Positions 49,814 to 63,304 of a stretch of 64,000 nt of DNA are shown here, in pieces. The position numbers and the translations under genes were made by a program. Origin of the DNA: Octopus vulgaris (lineage: Eukaryota); NCBI GenBank assembly GCA_951406725.2, contig OX597824.1, forward strand, positions 23,250,001 to 23,314,000, written 5' to 3'. Below the pieces are notes generated by a model. The model did not search any database, was not told the DNA's origin, and saw only the letters and a list, made by a program, of their open reading frames with translations. How positions within the stretch are numbered: the first letter of the stretch is position 1; every line of letters starts with the position of its first letter.

Positions 49814-52800
49814 CAAAATGCCCAGTAGAACCAACTGTCTTGCCATAAATTATAGTCATATAGATATTCCTCTAACTCGTTTCAGTCATGTGACTGGGGT
49901 CATGCTGGAGCACCGCCTTTAGTCGAGCAAATCGACCCCAGGACTTATTCTTTGTAAGCCTTGTACTTATTCTATCAGTCTACGTTACGGGGACGTAAAC
50001 ACACCAGCATCGGTTGTCAAGTGATGTTGGGGGAGACAAACAGACACAAACATACTTATATGTAAATATACATATATACGACGGGCTTCTTTCAGTTTCC
50101 GTCTACCAAATCCACTCACAAGGCTTTGGTCGCCCCGAGGCTATAGTAGAAGACTCTTACCCAAGGTGCCACGCAGTGGGACTGAACCCGGTAGTAGAAG
50201 ACTCTTGCCCAAGGTGCCCCGCAGTGGGACTGAACCCGGAACCATGTGGTTCGTACGCAAGCTACTTACCATACAGTCACTCAGGATAGGCAATAGGCGC
50301 AAAATTAAGAAAACACGGGCACGACAATAACAAATATCATATACAGACACACGTGTATAGGTATATTGGCACACAGTTATATGCGTGGGCTAAACCTGCT
50401 TCCTAACCATAGGGCTTTGGGTTCAGTCCAATTAAGTAGCACCTTGGGCAAGTACCTTCTACTATAGTCTCTGGCCGACCAACGCCTCGTGTGGATTTGG
50501 TGGAGGGAAACGTAAAGAAGCCTGTCGTGTGTGTCACTACCGCTTGACAACCGGTGGTGTGTGTACATAGCCTAGCGGTTAGGCAAAAAGAGTTCGATAG
50601 AATAAGTACCAGGTTTAAAAAAGGGAAATTAGTCCTGGGATAAAGTCATTCGACTGAAACTCTTCAAGCCGGTGCCCCAGCATGGCCACAGTCTAATACA
50701 GCTGACAAGGATATTTATGTCATTTACACACTGAAAGTTTCAAAAAAAAAAAAAAAAAATGCTTAATGGCTAAAGCTTAGTGGCGTTTCGAAACTACGTC
50801 CTCAGTTAGGCGTAGGAGTGGCTGTGTGGTTAAGTAGCTTGCTTACCAACCACATGGTTCCGGGTTCAGTCCACTGCGTGGCACTTTGGGCAAGTGTCTA
50901 TAGCTTCAGGCTGACCAAAGCATTGGGAGTAGATTTGGTAGACGGAACCTGAAAGAAGCCCGTAGTATGTGTGTGTCCCAACATCACTTGAGAACCGATG
51001 CGTCCCCGTAACTTTGCGGTTCGGCAAAAAGAGACCAATAGAATAAGTACTAGGCTTACAAAGAACAAGTCTTGGGGTCGATTTGCTCGACTAAAGGCGG
51101 TGCTCCAGTATGGCCACAGTCAAATGACAAGTAAAAGGAGAGTAAAGAGTTTAAATTCTGCCAAGGTCAACTTCGCTTTTCATCTTCTGGCGGTCGGTAA
51201 AGTAAGTAGCACTTGAGCATTTCTGTCGATGTAATCGCCAAGCCTCCTAAAAGAATTTCAGACCTGGTGCCCATAGTAATAAAATTAAAGGAGGCACGCT
51301 AGCAGAATTGTTACCGCACCGGAAAAATGCCTAACGGAATGTTGTTAGTTTTTACGCTCTAAGCTTAAAACACTGCTCATCCGTTCAGGGTTGATAAAAT
51401 ATGTACAAGAAGAGCTACCGCGGTCGATATAATCGACTAACCACTCTCCCCAGATTTGCTGAGCCTTACAGCAAAAAATAGTTACCGTTGACTAACAAAA
51501 TGTGTCCCAGTATCTGGATACTTGATTGATTCCAAATACGAAGAGAAAATCTATTCAAGAATTAGAGAAATATGTCAATTGATTGTGATAAGCTTTTATT
51601 ATTTCAAAGAAATTCGAAAAAAAAATGTTATTTCGAAAAGTAATTCTTTATGTTTAGTATGCAACACAAACAGGAAAACAACGCAATTTTGATATTTCAA
51701 AAGCTAATTCGTTAGGTTAAATTAATATTGGAAGACTACACACGTGTGTATATGTATATATAAGACCCACCATTTCTAATAAAATTTAAGATTTAGTATT
51801 CTTCAATCTCATCTCCCGTTTCAGCTGTGTCAATACCGACTTCTTCATAATCTTTCTCCAACGCAGCCAAATCTTCGCGCGCTTCTGTGAACTCTCCTTC
51901 CTCCATACCTTCACCAACATACCAATGAACAAAAGCTCGCTTGGCATACATTAAGTCAAATTTAAAATTTAGACGGGCCCAAGCTTCAGCAATAGCTGTC
52001 GTATTGTTCAGCATACATACGGCCCGTTGAACCTCAGCCATGTCTCCCCCAGGGATAACAGTTGGGCGTTGGGAATTGATACCAACTTTAAACCCTGTTG
52101 GGCACCAATCCACAAACTGAATTTGTTTTATCTTTTTAATTGCTGCAATAGCAGCGTTAACATCTTTCGAGACCACATCGCCTCGGTACAACAGACAACA
52201 AGCCATGTACTTCCCACGGCGAGGGTCACATTTAACCATCTGATTACCGGTTTCAAAGCACGCGTTTGTTATTTCAGAAACAAGCAACTGCTCGTGGTAC
52301 GCTTTCTCAACCGATATTATTGGTGCATACGAAATCAATGGGAAATGAATACGTGGATAAGGTACAAGGTTGGTTTGAAACTCGGTTAAATCGGCATTAA
52401 TGGACCCATGAAACCTTAGAGAAGCAGTAATAGAGCTCACTACCTGAGCAATCGGACGATTAAGGTTGATGTATCTTGGATACCCAACATCTAAATGCAT
52501 TTTACAGATATCATAATTGCTTCATTGTCGACCATGAAAGCGCAGTCACAATGATCTAGAGTGGTATGAGTGGTTAAGACGGAATTGTACGGTTCTACTA
52601 CAGCTGTATAAATTCGTGGTGCCGGATAGACTGAAAATTGAAGCTTTGTCTTTTTACCAAAGTCAACACTCAGGCGCTCCATTAGCAGAGACGTAAAACC
52701 AGAACCGGTGCCGCCACCGAAACTATGAAAAATCAAGAAGCCCTGGAGGCCAGAGCATTGTTCTGTTACTTTATGAATTTGGTCACAGACCGAATCAATG

Positions 52801-55800
52801 ATTTCCTTGCCAACGGTATAGTGACCCCTGGCGTAATTGTTGGCTGCATCCTCTTTACCACTGATGAGTTGGTTCGGGTGAAATAACTGGCTGTATTTTC
52901 CAACGCGTATTTCATCTGGAAAATAAGATTTTGAGCAATAATATATCAAACTGGCAATATAAAAATTAAAAGAGTTTTCTTATATTAGAGGAGTATGAAA
53001 TGTAGAGATTCTCAGACAGTTACTTGCTTTATCAGTTCAACAAAATACTTCCATGTACGACATTCCTCAGAATATACTGCTAACAATACTTACATTCAAA
53101 TACCGGATACATAAACATTCACTATTCCTCTCACATTTAACCGATTTTATAATCGACACATTTTACTGCTGTGATCAGTTCTGTTGTACAACAGAATTTT
53201 GAAATATTGTCCAATATTCAAGAAAACGGCGTTCGGAAATATAGCAGTAAAAAAGGAACCACTGCTTCATCACAAATCTTCGAGTTTTTTTTCCAACACA
53301 GAAAAACATAGAAGATTGACTAACCAGAACATTAAATGCGCGACAGGGCAATTCCTTAATTTATTTTTGTAAATACAATTTTGAAACGTTTATACTTACC
53401 GATAACTGAGGGCTCTAAATCTACGAATATGGCTCTGGGGACACGTTTCCCAGAGCCTATCTCATGAAAGAACGTGCTAGACGAATCATTAACACCGGAA
53501 GATTCAAATGATACTTGACCATTTTGTTGGATTCCATGTTCAAGGCAATAGAGCTCCCAACAGGCGTTACCTATTTGGACGCCTGCTTGTCCTATGTGAA
53601 CGCTGATACATTCTCTCTGAAAAGAAAAAAAAGTTGTATAATAGAATTATTTTACAAGCTAGAGAAATCGGACAAAAGTGGGAGTTGAACCCAAAAGGGA
53701 GCATCGCCGTGGTGTACTGCCTGTTAGAAATAGCTGTCAAATTCCTTCCGATCATACCCTATTGATTAACAAAATGTTTATATCACGCGAACTCTAAATT
53801 TGGAAAAGATAGAAATGGTAACTGAAACGCATTTTTAACACAAATTTTCGCCAACAAGAGTCATGCAGAGCTACATAAGAACCTTTAAAATGGTATTTTT
53901 GGAGAAATGAAAATAACTGCAATAAGTTGTCTGAGAGCTAAACCATTATACCACAAGAGATAATAGCACAAGATTTATAAATTCAAATCTAATTAAGCAC
54001 ACAAATATTTTAAAACAACCTTCATGTTTAATGTAAGTATTCCGTTCTACTTCATTTCAACACCACTTTACATTGAGACAGTTTCTTCCAGTATAGCTGT
54101 GGGTCAATCTAGTAAACGGAAATGGATTTAGCGGTGGCCATGTGGACGCCCGTCAAATAAACTGTAAGGGAAAGTGCACGATGACAATATTTTTTTTAAT
54201 GTGCGCTCCCTTACGAAAACTATATCAGTTAAGTAAATGGCCTTCCATAAATTCTTTAAAAAAATAATCTAACACTTTAGACAATTATTGCAGTTCTGAG
54301 TATATAAAACAAATTTGGCTGGAGCCAAATGAGTAAACCAAAATAAGATAAATCTGCCTCTTCAGTTCTCCAGAATCACATTCGAAAACAGACTCGTACA
54401 TCAATATTTATCGTTAGACACCAGAAAGATCAAAAACTAAAAGAAATTAAATACCTCGGTCAAATGAAAGGCGATCAAAGGAAAACGATACACATGAAAA
54501 TGAAACTCGACTAAAGCTAAAATATTCTCCACAGTTTCTTTACGATCTGCTGGGGTAGTTCTTCCCGAGAGATTTATACACGAAGCAGTTAAAGTAGGAT
54601 TGAAATTAGTCACTCCTTTTACACTATTTAAGACATTTTTTGAAACCCGACGTGTTAACAGTAAAAGCTATACGGCAGACACGGAAAACATACCCAGAAA
54701 ATATTGCAGTTTCACGATAGAGACTATATTAAATAAATGAAAATATTAGTAAATTCTGACAAACGATTTAAATTCAAAATTGTATTTAATATTTTTTTAT
54801 ATAGTGCTAAATACAATTTTGTGAAGATTAGATGGTTAATGTAGACCGAATTGAAAGTAAATACAGTTTCGTAATACAAAAATTGTTAATGGGTTAATTC
54901 TAAGCAAGGGATGCGAATAGAGGGGTAATGTTTCTAATGAAGAGGGATTGTGTAAGTCTATATTCCTTCGTTGTAAATTTTGAAGAGATTTTCTCTAAGT
55001 TTTCACGGTCGCACTTATGTAGCTCTAGACAAAAATCACTGATTTTTAAAAATTCTTAACGACATACTGACTAAAAATCAAAGGTTTTTTTTTCTAAATG
55101 CTTTTAGAGTTTTCTATACGTTTGTTTCTCATGTAATGTCGTATGTTGTTACATGGCAACTTTTGGCTGTCACATGTTGCTTTCAAATCTAGATGAAAAT
55201 TCTGTTTTAAAACTTCAATATTTGTCGCTATTATGCAAGAGAGTCGAAAGTCCCAAACTTTTTCAGAAGGAAAAAATAAAGTTTCACCATTCCACAGCAA
55301 AACCGTTGTACTACACTTTGACAATTTTCGATATCTTGCCATCTGAAGCAACTAGAGATCCTGTTATTTCGACCAAAAGAACCGGCTATTGCAAATAAAA
55401 ATAAATACTGAATAAAACGTATTTGGCTAAATTTAGACGCACGAAAGTTTAACAGAATAGCAACCATATAAACATTGCGAAAGCAAGAAAAGAATTTCAC
55501 TAATAAATATGCACAAAATATTTTGTAAATGTGAATAAAGGTTATTATATTCAAAACTGGATTTCCCATAAATTTGGAGAGGCAGACGAGAAATAAACCG
55601 TAGCAAATTTACCATTGTTGTCGCGCTGTTTCTGTACCGTTCAAAGTGGAGTCAATAAACAAGACGGTGGTTTTGCTCTTGGCCTTGCTACAAATAGTAA
55701 TATTTTTTTACTCTCCTCCTACTCTTACTCTTATACTACTCCGTGTTAGCCAATGGTGATCGTATGTTCGAAGACAGTCTCAAACTGAAGGGTGTGATTT

Positions 55801-57112
55801 TGAGGGGAGTAATACATTAATTTTGATTTAATTTTCTTCTTTTCAATTTAACACCCCTATAATTACAAAAGGCTAAACTTAACGGAATGGTTCACATATT
55901 GAAATAATTTCATCAACTAATAAACCGAAAGAACAGAGAGGTGGGAGTTGAAGTTTTTGCATACGGAGCATCAAAAATTTAAATCTAAAAAGGAACAACG
56001 AAGATACTATTTGAACGCGATAATTTTTCAAATGAAATTGGATTATTTTGCTTTTATTCTTCAGTGGTGAAAGGTATGTTTAGAAGATTTAATTAAATTC
56101 ACAAACTGAGAATGATGTTTTAGTTTCAATCTCCATCTGAAGTCACTTCTGTTTATTTAATGCCCTGAAGTAACTTCAGTTTAATGAGTCCGCTGTAGTC
56201 ACGAAAAAAGAATGAATATTCAAGCCTCCTATTTTTCTTCCTTCTACAAAATTAAATTGGGACTGTTATATATAATTTCTATCTTTTATTAGTTATGATT
56301 TTTTAAAAATTGATCACCAAATACAGAAGCAAGCATAATCATACAACTCCGGACACATAATGTCTTTTAATATTTTCCTACATCCCTTCACATCTAGTCC
56401 GAAATCCCAGGAGAGTTGATACAACTTTTGTCCGTCTGAATCATTGTTTGTTCCTTTTCGAACCCCGCCTGGATCATTAGGGCCGGTTTCCCGGTTTTCT
56501 TGGAGTATAGGTTCCCCACCTTGGACGGGACCGGTCCGTCGCAGGTGAGCTGCAAGATGCAGGAGGAAAGAGTGAGAGAAAGTTGTGGTGAAAGAGTCAG
56601 CAGAAGATCGCCATTAACTTTTGCCGGAGCCGTGTGGAGCTTAAGTGTTTCGCTCATAAACACACACATCGCCCGGTCTGAGATTCGATCACGCGATCCC
56701 TCGACCGCGAGTCCGCTGCTCTAACCACTAGACCATGTGCCTTCACGTCTGAATCATTAAGGCATAATTATCCACAAAGTACAGAAGATCATTTAAAATA
56801 TTTGGAATTCACATATTTATTTAAAAAAATTATTACAAGATGCATTTATTTTATAATAATTTTGATCATAGGCAAACCGCATCAGGTCGTCTAGGTTCGT
56901 ATCTAGATAGAGTATTCTATAGGTCAGTTGATAATGATAGCATAGGTGATCCATATTTCAAAATGTTCAGCCACACGTAATACAAATTTGTCATCTACAC
57001 GGTCGACCTAGATAAGCGTCGTAGTCTGGAAGCGGGTTACTGCTAAAATTTTCCACCAAAATTTTCGAAAAAACCTTTTGAAAATTTTTGAAAAGGTTTT
57101 TGAAAATTTTCC
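49814..57112. repeat. Segmental duplication unit 3
   Basis: Colinear with 17839-26215; shares the intron-1 deletion and the TTTTGAAAA insert start with unit 2. Confidence 0.92.
51793..55615 (-). pseudogene. TUBA: Alpha-tubulin copy 3, probable pseudogene (-1 frameshift at 52515-52516 plus T7-loop substitutions)
   Basis: Exons 55613-55615, 53400-53616 and 51793-52915 (1123 nt). atcataattgc versus atcataaattgc in copies 1 and 2. [10 protein letters not shown] versus [10 protein letters not shown], and PRIYTA versus PRISTA. Confidence 0.75.
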
Positions 57113-57147
57113 TCTAGATTAAACTATTTTAATCTTAATCTATTTTA

Positions 57148-57245
<98 letters not shown>

Positions 57246-57296
57246 ATATATGTATATATATTTATATACTTTATTTAAAGCAGCAGAAAATTCAAC

Positions 57297-57343
57297 AAAA
57301 CCTGTTACTCTGAGTTTCACGTTCCCGTTCGTTGGACAGTTTT
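57297..57343 (-). ncRNA. Degenerate type-I hammerhead-like motif, left palindrome arm
   Basis: Reverse complement of 57751-57797. Confidence 0.45.
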
Positions 57344-57750
57344 TGCTAGAATGGAACCGATATGTCAATTCTATCCAGACTAGTATAAACGCTACACCTT
57401 TAAAAATGGACTTGTTTGATTGGTCCTTTACAAATAACGGTCAATTTTCGAGCGATAAACAAAAATGAGCTCAATATATATATATATATATATATAAATT
57501 ATAAAATTCGAGCAAAAAACCTTACTTCGAATCTTTGGTTAAAATACAAAAGATTCGATGTAAGGTTTTTTCCTCGAATTTTATAATTTTTTTAATATAT
57601 ATATATATATATTTTTTTTTTGAGTTCATTTTTGTTTATCGCTTGAAAATTGACCGTTATTTGTAAAGGACCAATCAAACAAGTCCATTTTTAAAGGTGT
57701 AGCGTTTATACTAGTCTGGATAGAATTGACATATCGGTTCCATTCTAGCA

Positions 57751-57797
57751 AAAACTGTCCAACGAACGGGAACGTGAAACTCAGAGTAACAGGTTTT
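57751..57797 (+). ncRNA. Degenerate type-I hammerhead-like motif, right palindrome arm
   Basis: AAAACUGU-CCAACGA-ACG(GGAA)CGU-GAAAC-UCAGA-GUA-ACAGGUUUU: stems I, II and III can all form, but the core deviates from CUGANGA at two positions. Confidence 0.45.
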
Positions 57798-57824
57798 GTT
57801 GAATTTTCTGCTGCTTTAAATAAA

Positions 57825-57880
<56 letters not shown>

Positions 57881-57947
57881 TTAGAGACAATGAAAAACTT
57901 AAGCCAATACATAAGATTATTTAATTTATATTATTTAAATATATAAC

Positions 57948-58020
57948 AAAATTACTACGATCGTTTCATGGCTGTTAATTTCTTTAAATTTTCAAGTCAC
58001 AGTCATTCATCAGGTGGTTT
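57948..58020 (-). ncRNA. Minimal type-I hammerhead ribozyme-like motif
   Basis: AAACCAC-CUGAUGA-AUGACUGU...ACAGCCAU-GAAAC-GAUC-GUA-GUAAUUU: perfect core, palindromic loop III, stem I with two mismatches. Confidence 0.62.
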
Positions 58021-58205
58021 AAATATCTAAAATATAATCAATATTTTAAAGATATAAATAATATATATAATATAATATAATAATTTTACTTATAATAAAC
58101 TCTATTATCAAATATGATTATATCGAAATCGACTATAATGTTAAATATTAACTTTAATTTATATATATATTTATATATATATATATCTATCTATCTATCT
58201 ATCTA

Positions 58206-58256
<51 letters not shown>

Positions 58257-58441
58257 GAAATATTAAAATTACTAAGTCTCTCTAAAAGAGATCACGGCAG
58301 CGTTCCTGGAAAATAATAGTTATCGCCATACTAATATGGCATTCTTATGAAAATAAGAATAAGATGGCCTCATGGAGCTAATAAGCGGACAGCTTTATTC
58401 TTATTTTCATAAGAATGCCATATTAGTATGGCGATAATATT

Positions 58442-58487
<46 letters not shown>

Positions 58488-58523
58488 GAGAGAGAGAGAG
58501 AGAGAGAGATAGATAGATAGATA

Positions 58524-58559
<36 letters not shown>

Positions 58560-58618
58560 TAGATTAAGATTAAAATAGTTTAATCTAGACTTATGCGGAT
58601 ATACTAGCAACGGTTTAC

Positions 58619-58678
<60 letters not shown>

Positions 58679-59804
58679 GACTAAAGGCTGTGCTCCAGCA
58701 AGGCCGCAGTCAAATGACTGAAACAAGTAAAAGAATAAAAGAATTTATATATATATATATATATATATATAGACATACATTTGAAACTGGACGAAGGACC
58801 ACGAAGATGGTCCTGCGTTTTCACTGTAGATATCGATCTTATAGAAGCGCAAACTGGACATAAATATCACTTCACTCCAACATCTTGGGAATGCTAGCCT
58901 AGTGGTTGAGATTGTGTTTACTTCTTCCCCCATCGGAAATAAATTCTATGCACAGATACACGTGCACGCGCGCACACATGCAACCATGCACATGCACACA
59001 TCCACATTTAAACACACTGTAACGCTCACATAGACATACAAATACACACACATGCTCGCATACATTCAAACACCTAATAGTCACACACACAAGTACATAC
59101 ACGCTCGTAGAAATACACATGCAATTACATGCATACACACACACACATATACACTCACTTACGCGCATGCGCACACACAGAGGATCATAACTTCATGCAT
59201 TCATTGATCTATAAAAACGGTAATTTGCAATTAGCACTAAAATGATATTGGTTAACAACCTCTAAATAACCAGGGTGGTCCCTGATTCGGAACAATTAGA
59301 CAGAATAATTACTCAAAGATGGTAATTAATAGAAAACGATGAATAAATTCCTTGAATATATTCCTCAACTGACACATAACTAAATTAGAAAGAGGATTGT
59401 GGGTGTGAACGAAGGAAAATTAATATGTCCTAATTTGGTAATTATTCCACAAGTGGAATTACCAAAGTTGATCAAGCGAACAGTTTCTGAGATTATATGT
59501 CGAAGGAGGTCAACATCAAATTTCATTATTTTGGCCCCAAATTAAGGATCCCTCACATGGGTATAAACTATACAGCAGAGAGAGTAACAGAGAGGCACTA
59601 CTCAATTTTTTTCTGCTTGTAAATGTAGCAAACGTGGATGGCTTTTTAACAGTGACTTGACTTGCTATAAATAACAGCCTACAAATCGTATTATGGAATC
59701 TTTAAAAATGAAAAAGAACTTAATAAAATGGACAATGCCTCAGAAGCAAGATGTTCGTCAAATTATATCTCCGTCAAATTAAATGTGTGTCAAATTATAT
59801 TAAA

Positions 59805-60203
59805 CTAGCAGTATCGCCCGGCGTTGCTCGGGTTTGTAAGGGAAATAACTATATAACCATTTTTAGAGAGTTATAGCCAAAAAATAGCAAAAAAAATGCA
59901 TTAAAAATGGAAGAAAAATGATGGTAAATTTTTTTTTAAATCGTTGACTCATCGTAGACATTTTTAGAAAGTTACTTCCCTTATATAATAGCGAAAAAAT
60001 GCATTGAAATGGAAAAAAATGATGGTAAATTTTTTTTTAAATCGTAGACTTATCGTAGACGCGCGCTAATATCCAGAAGGGCTCGATATGAATCACGACT
60101 ATAAGATACCCGGTTTTGGTTAAACTGCACCGCAAAATGTGGGAGTAGTTAGGAATCTAAATCGTAGGAGACAGACACACAACTTCACTCTTATATATAA
60201 AGA
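59805..60203 (-). mobile_element. Non-autonomous Helitron (399 bp)
   Basis: Minus strand A|TCTTTATATATAAG ... CCCGAGCAACGCCGGG hairpin-CGATACTG-CTAG|T: 5' TC, subterminal hairpin, 3' CTAG, A/T target, no TSD. Internal ~115-bp tandem repeat. Confidence 0.85.
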
Positions 60204-60229
60204 TGTCCATCAGATTATATCTGCTATAA

Positions 60230-60570
60230 TAGAAGCGCAATGGTCCAGTGGTTAAGGCAGCGAACTCGAGATTTCGATTCCCAGACCGGGCGTTTTAAGT
60301 TTTTATTGAGCGAAAACATCTAATGTTCCACGAGGCTCCGACTGAGGGTGGTGGTGAACCCTGCTGTACTCTTTCACCACAACTTTCTCTCGCTCTTTCT
60401 TCCTGTTTCTGTTTTTACCTGTATTTCACAAAAGGCCAGACTTGTCATACTCTGTGCCACGCTGAATCTCCCCGAGAACTACGTTATGGGTACATGTGTC
60501 TGTGGAGTTGCAAGATAATTTCACGAGCAGAATGTTCCGCTGATCGGATCAACTGGAACCCTCGTCGTCA
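60230..60570 (+). mobile_element. SINE family C, older copy
   Basis: agcgcaatggtccagtggttaaggcagcgaactcg...ggatcaactggaaccctcgtcgtc. Confidence 0.85.
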
Positions 60571-60793
60571 ACTGGAACCAGTGTGAAGCGGCTGACCTCC
60601 CTTGTTCGAAGGTTATAATGGACACAGTTTGTGTGTCAAATAGCTATCTTAAGGCGATGGCCTCATGGAGCTAATCAGCGACAGCTTTTAGTCTTGTATC
60701 TATAAGACTGCCATATTAATATGGCGATAACAATTAATTTCCAGTAACGCTGCCGTAATCTCTTTAAGAGAGACTTAGTAATTTTAATATTTC

Positions 60794-60855
<62 letters not shown>

Positions 60856-60859
60856 TGTA

Positions 60860-61087
60860 TGTGTGTGTATATGCTTGTGTCTGTGTTTGTCCCCCCCCCC
60901 AACATCGCTTTACAACTGATGCTGGTGTGTTTACGTCCCCGTAACTTAGCGGTTTGGCAAAAGAGACCAATAGAATAAGTACCAGGCGTACAATGAATAA
61001 GTCCTGGGGTCTATTTGCTCGACTAAAGGCGGTGCTCCAGCATGGCCACAGTCAAATTAGTGAAAGAAGTATAAGAGTAAAAGAGAG
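60860..61087 (+). mobile_element. SINE family A 3' half
   Basis: gatgctggtgtgtttacgtccccgtaacttagcgg...ggcggtgctccagcatggccacagtc. Confidence 0.85.
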
Positions 61088-61427
61088 TATATCCAACTTT
61101 TAATCAGATATTAATCAGAATTCCTCCTACGATTTTTGTTTGGTATTCATTTGCATTTCAATAGATTACAGTGTATAACCAAGAGTAGAATAAAAGCGGG
61201 TATTTGGTTAAAAAGTTTTCTTTTTCATTATGTTAAAATCATAACTTGCATCATTTTTATACACGGATCACTTGCTAATAATAATATGTTACGCAATCGT
61301 GTTACTTAGATGCTTCCATAATTACTCTGCAATGCTTGGCTGTTGTTATGCAATCATCCATTTTAAGATTACGTCGTTTATGTTATAATAATATTTCACG
61401 TTCTCCTCTTGGGTCTGCGTGCATCTC

Positions 61428-61912
<485 letters not shown>

Positions 61913-61954
61913 CTGTACACAAATACACACATACATTTACACGCACGCACGTAA

Positions 61955-62330
61955 GGCGCAGGCGTGGCCGCGTGATAAGAAGCTTGCTACCCCTCAACGT
62001 GGTTCCGGCTTCAGTTCCACTGCATAGCACCTTCGGCAAGTGTTTTCTACTATAGCGTCGGGCCGACCAAAGCCTTGTGAGTGAATTTGGTGGACGGTAA
62101 CTGAGAGAAGCCTCTGTGTGCTTGTGTCTGCGTTTGTTCCCTCCCCCACCACCATCGCTTGACAACCGATGTTGGTGTGTTTATGTCCCCGTATTCCAGC
62201 GGTTCGGCAAAAGTGCCCGATAGAATAAGTACCAGGCTTACAAAGAAAAAGTCCAGCGGTCGATTTCTTCCGCTAAAAAAACGTTGCTCCAGCATGGCCG
62301 CAGTCACAATGACTGGACCAAGTAAAAGAA
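61955..62330 (+). mobile_element. SINE family A, diverged, head-to-head with the previous copy
   Basis: ggcgcaggcgtggccgcgtgataag...tgctccagcatggccgcagtcacaatgactgg. Confidence 0.85.
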
Positions 62331-62337
62331 CATATAT

Positions 62338-62499
62338 GAGTGTGTGTGTGTTTGTATGTGTGTGTGTGTGTGTGCGTTCGTGAGTGTGTATGTGTGCGTG
62401 TGTGCGTGTGTGTGTGTGTTTGTGGCGTTCGTGTGTGTGTGCGTGTGTGTGTGTGTGTGTTTGTATATGTGTGTGTGTGTGTGCGTTCGTGAGTGTGTA

Positions 62500-62537
<38 letters not shown>

Positions 62538-62847
62538 CGTGTGTGTGTGGGTGTAGGTGCGTGTGTGGGTGTGTTTGTGTGCGTGCATGAGTATGTGCGT
62601 GCGTGCATGTGTGGTTGCGTGTGTCAACGAAGCTATTAAGGTATTGAAATGAGTGACAAGGGATTATATTATAAATAATCAATCTACAAAACGATCGATA
62701 AATAAATAAATAATAAATAAAGATCTTTTTTACTATAAAATATGCGTGTAGATAATAATTATTGCAAGTTATGAGCAAAGAAGTAAAATAAAGTGGCTGT
62801 TATTATTATTATTATTATTATTATTGTTATTATTATTATTATTATTA

Positions 62848-62885
<38 letters not shown>

Positions 62886-63249
62886 ATCATCATCATCATT
62901 ATCTTCTTCTTCTTCTTCTTCTTCTTCTTCTTCTTCTTCTTCTTCTTCTTCTTCTTCTTCTCCTTCATCTTCTTTTTTGTCGTCGTTGTCGTTGTCGGCG
63001 ACGGCGGCGGCGGCGGCAGCAGCCTCCTCTCTTCGGCCTATTCCCCCCTCCTACCCTTCATTATCATTAACACCATCATTATTTTCATTTTCATCATCAT
63101 CATCATCATCATCACCATCACCAATAACCCCACCCCCCACCCCTGACCATCAACATCACCATCATCATCATCGTCATCAACTTCATCATCGATAACACTA
63201 CAATTCACTATCACCACTACTAACAATAACGCCACCGCCACCTTCATCA

Positions 63250-63304
<55 letters not shown>

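Larger units (their letters stand above)
57113..58589. repeat. Nested inverted-repeat (foldback) complex embedded in TA/TCTA microsatellites
   Basis: Outer 37-bp arms 57113-57149 / 58553-58589; ~205-bp arms ~57266-57474 / ~57620-57828; inner ~40-bp arms ~57496-57536 / ~57549-57589; 43-bp arms ~58320-58362 / ~58395-58437. Confidence 0.92.
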
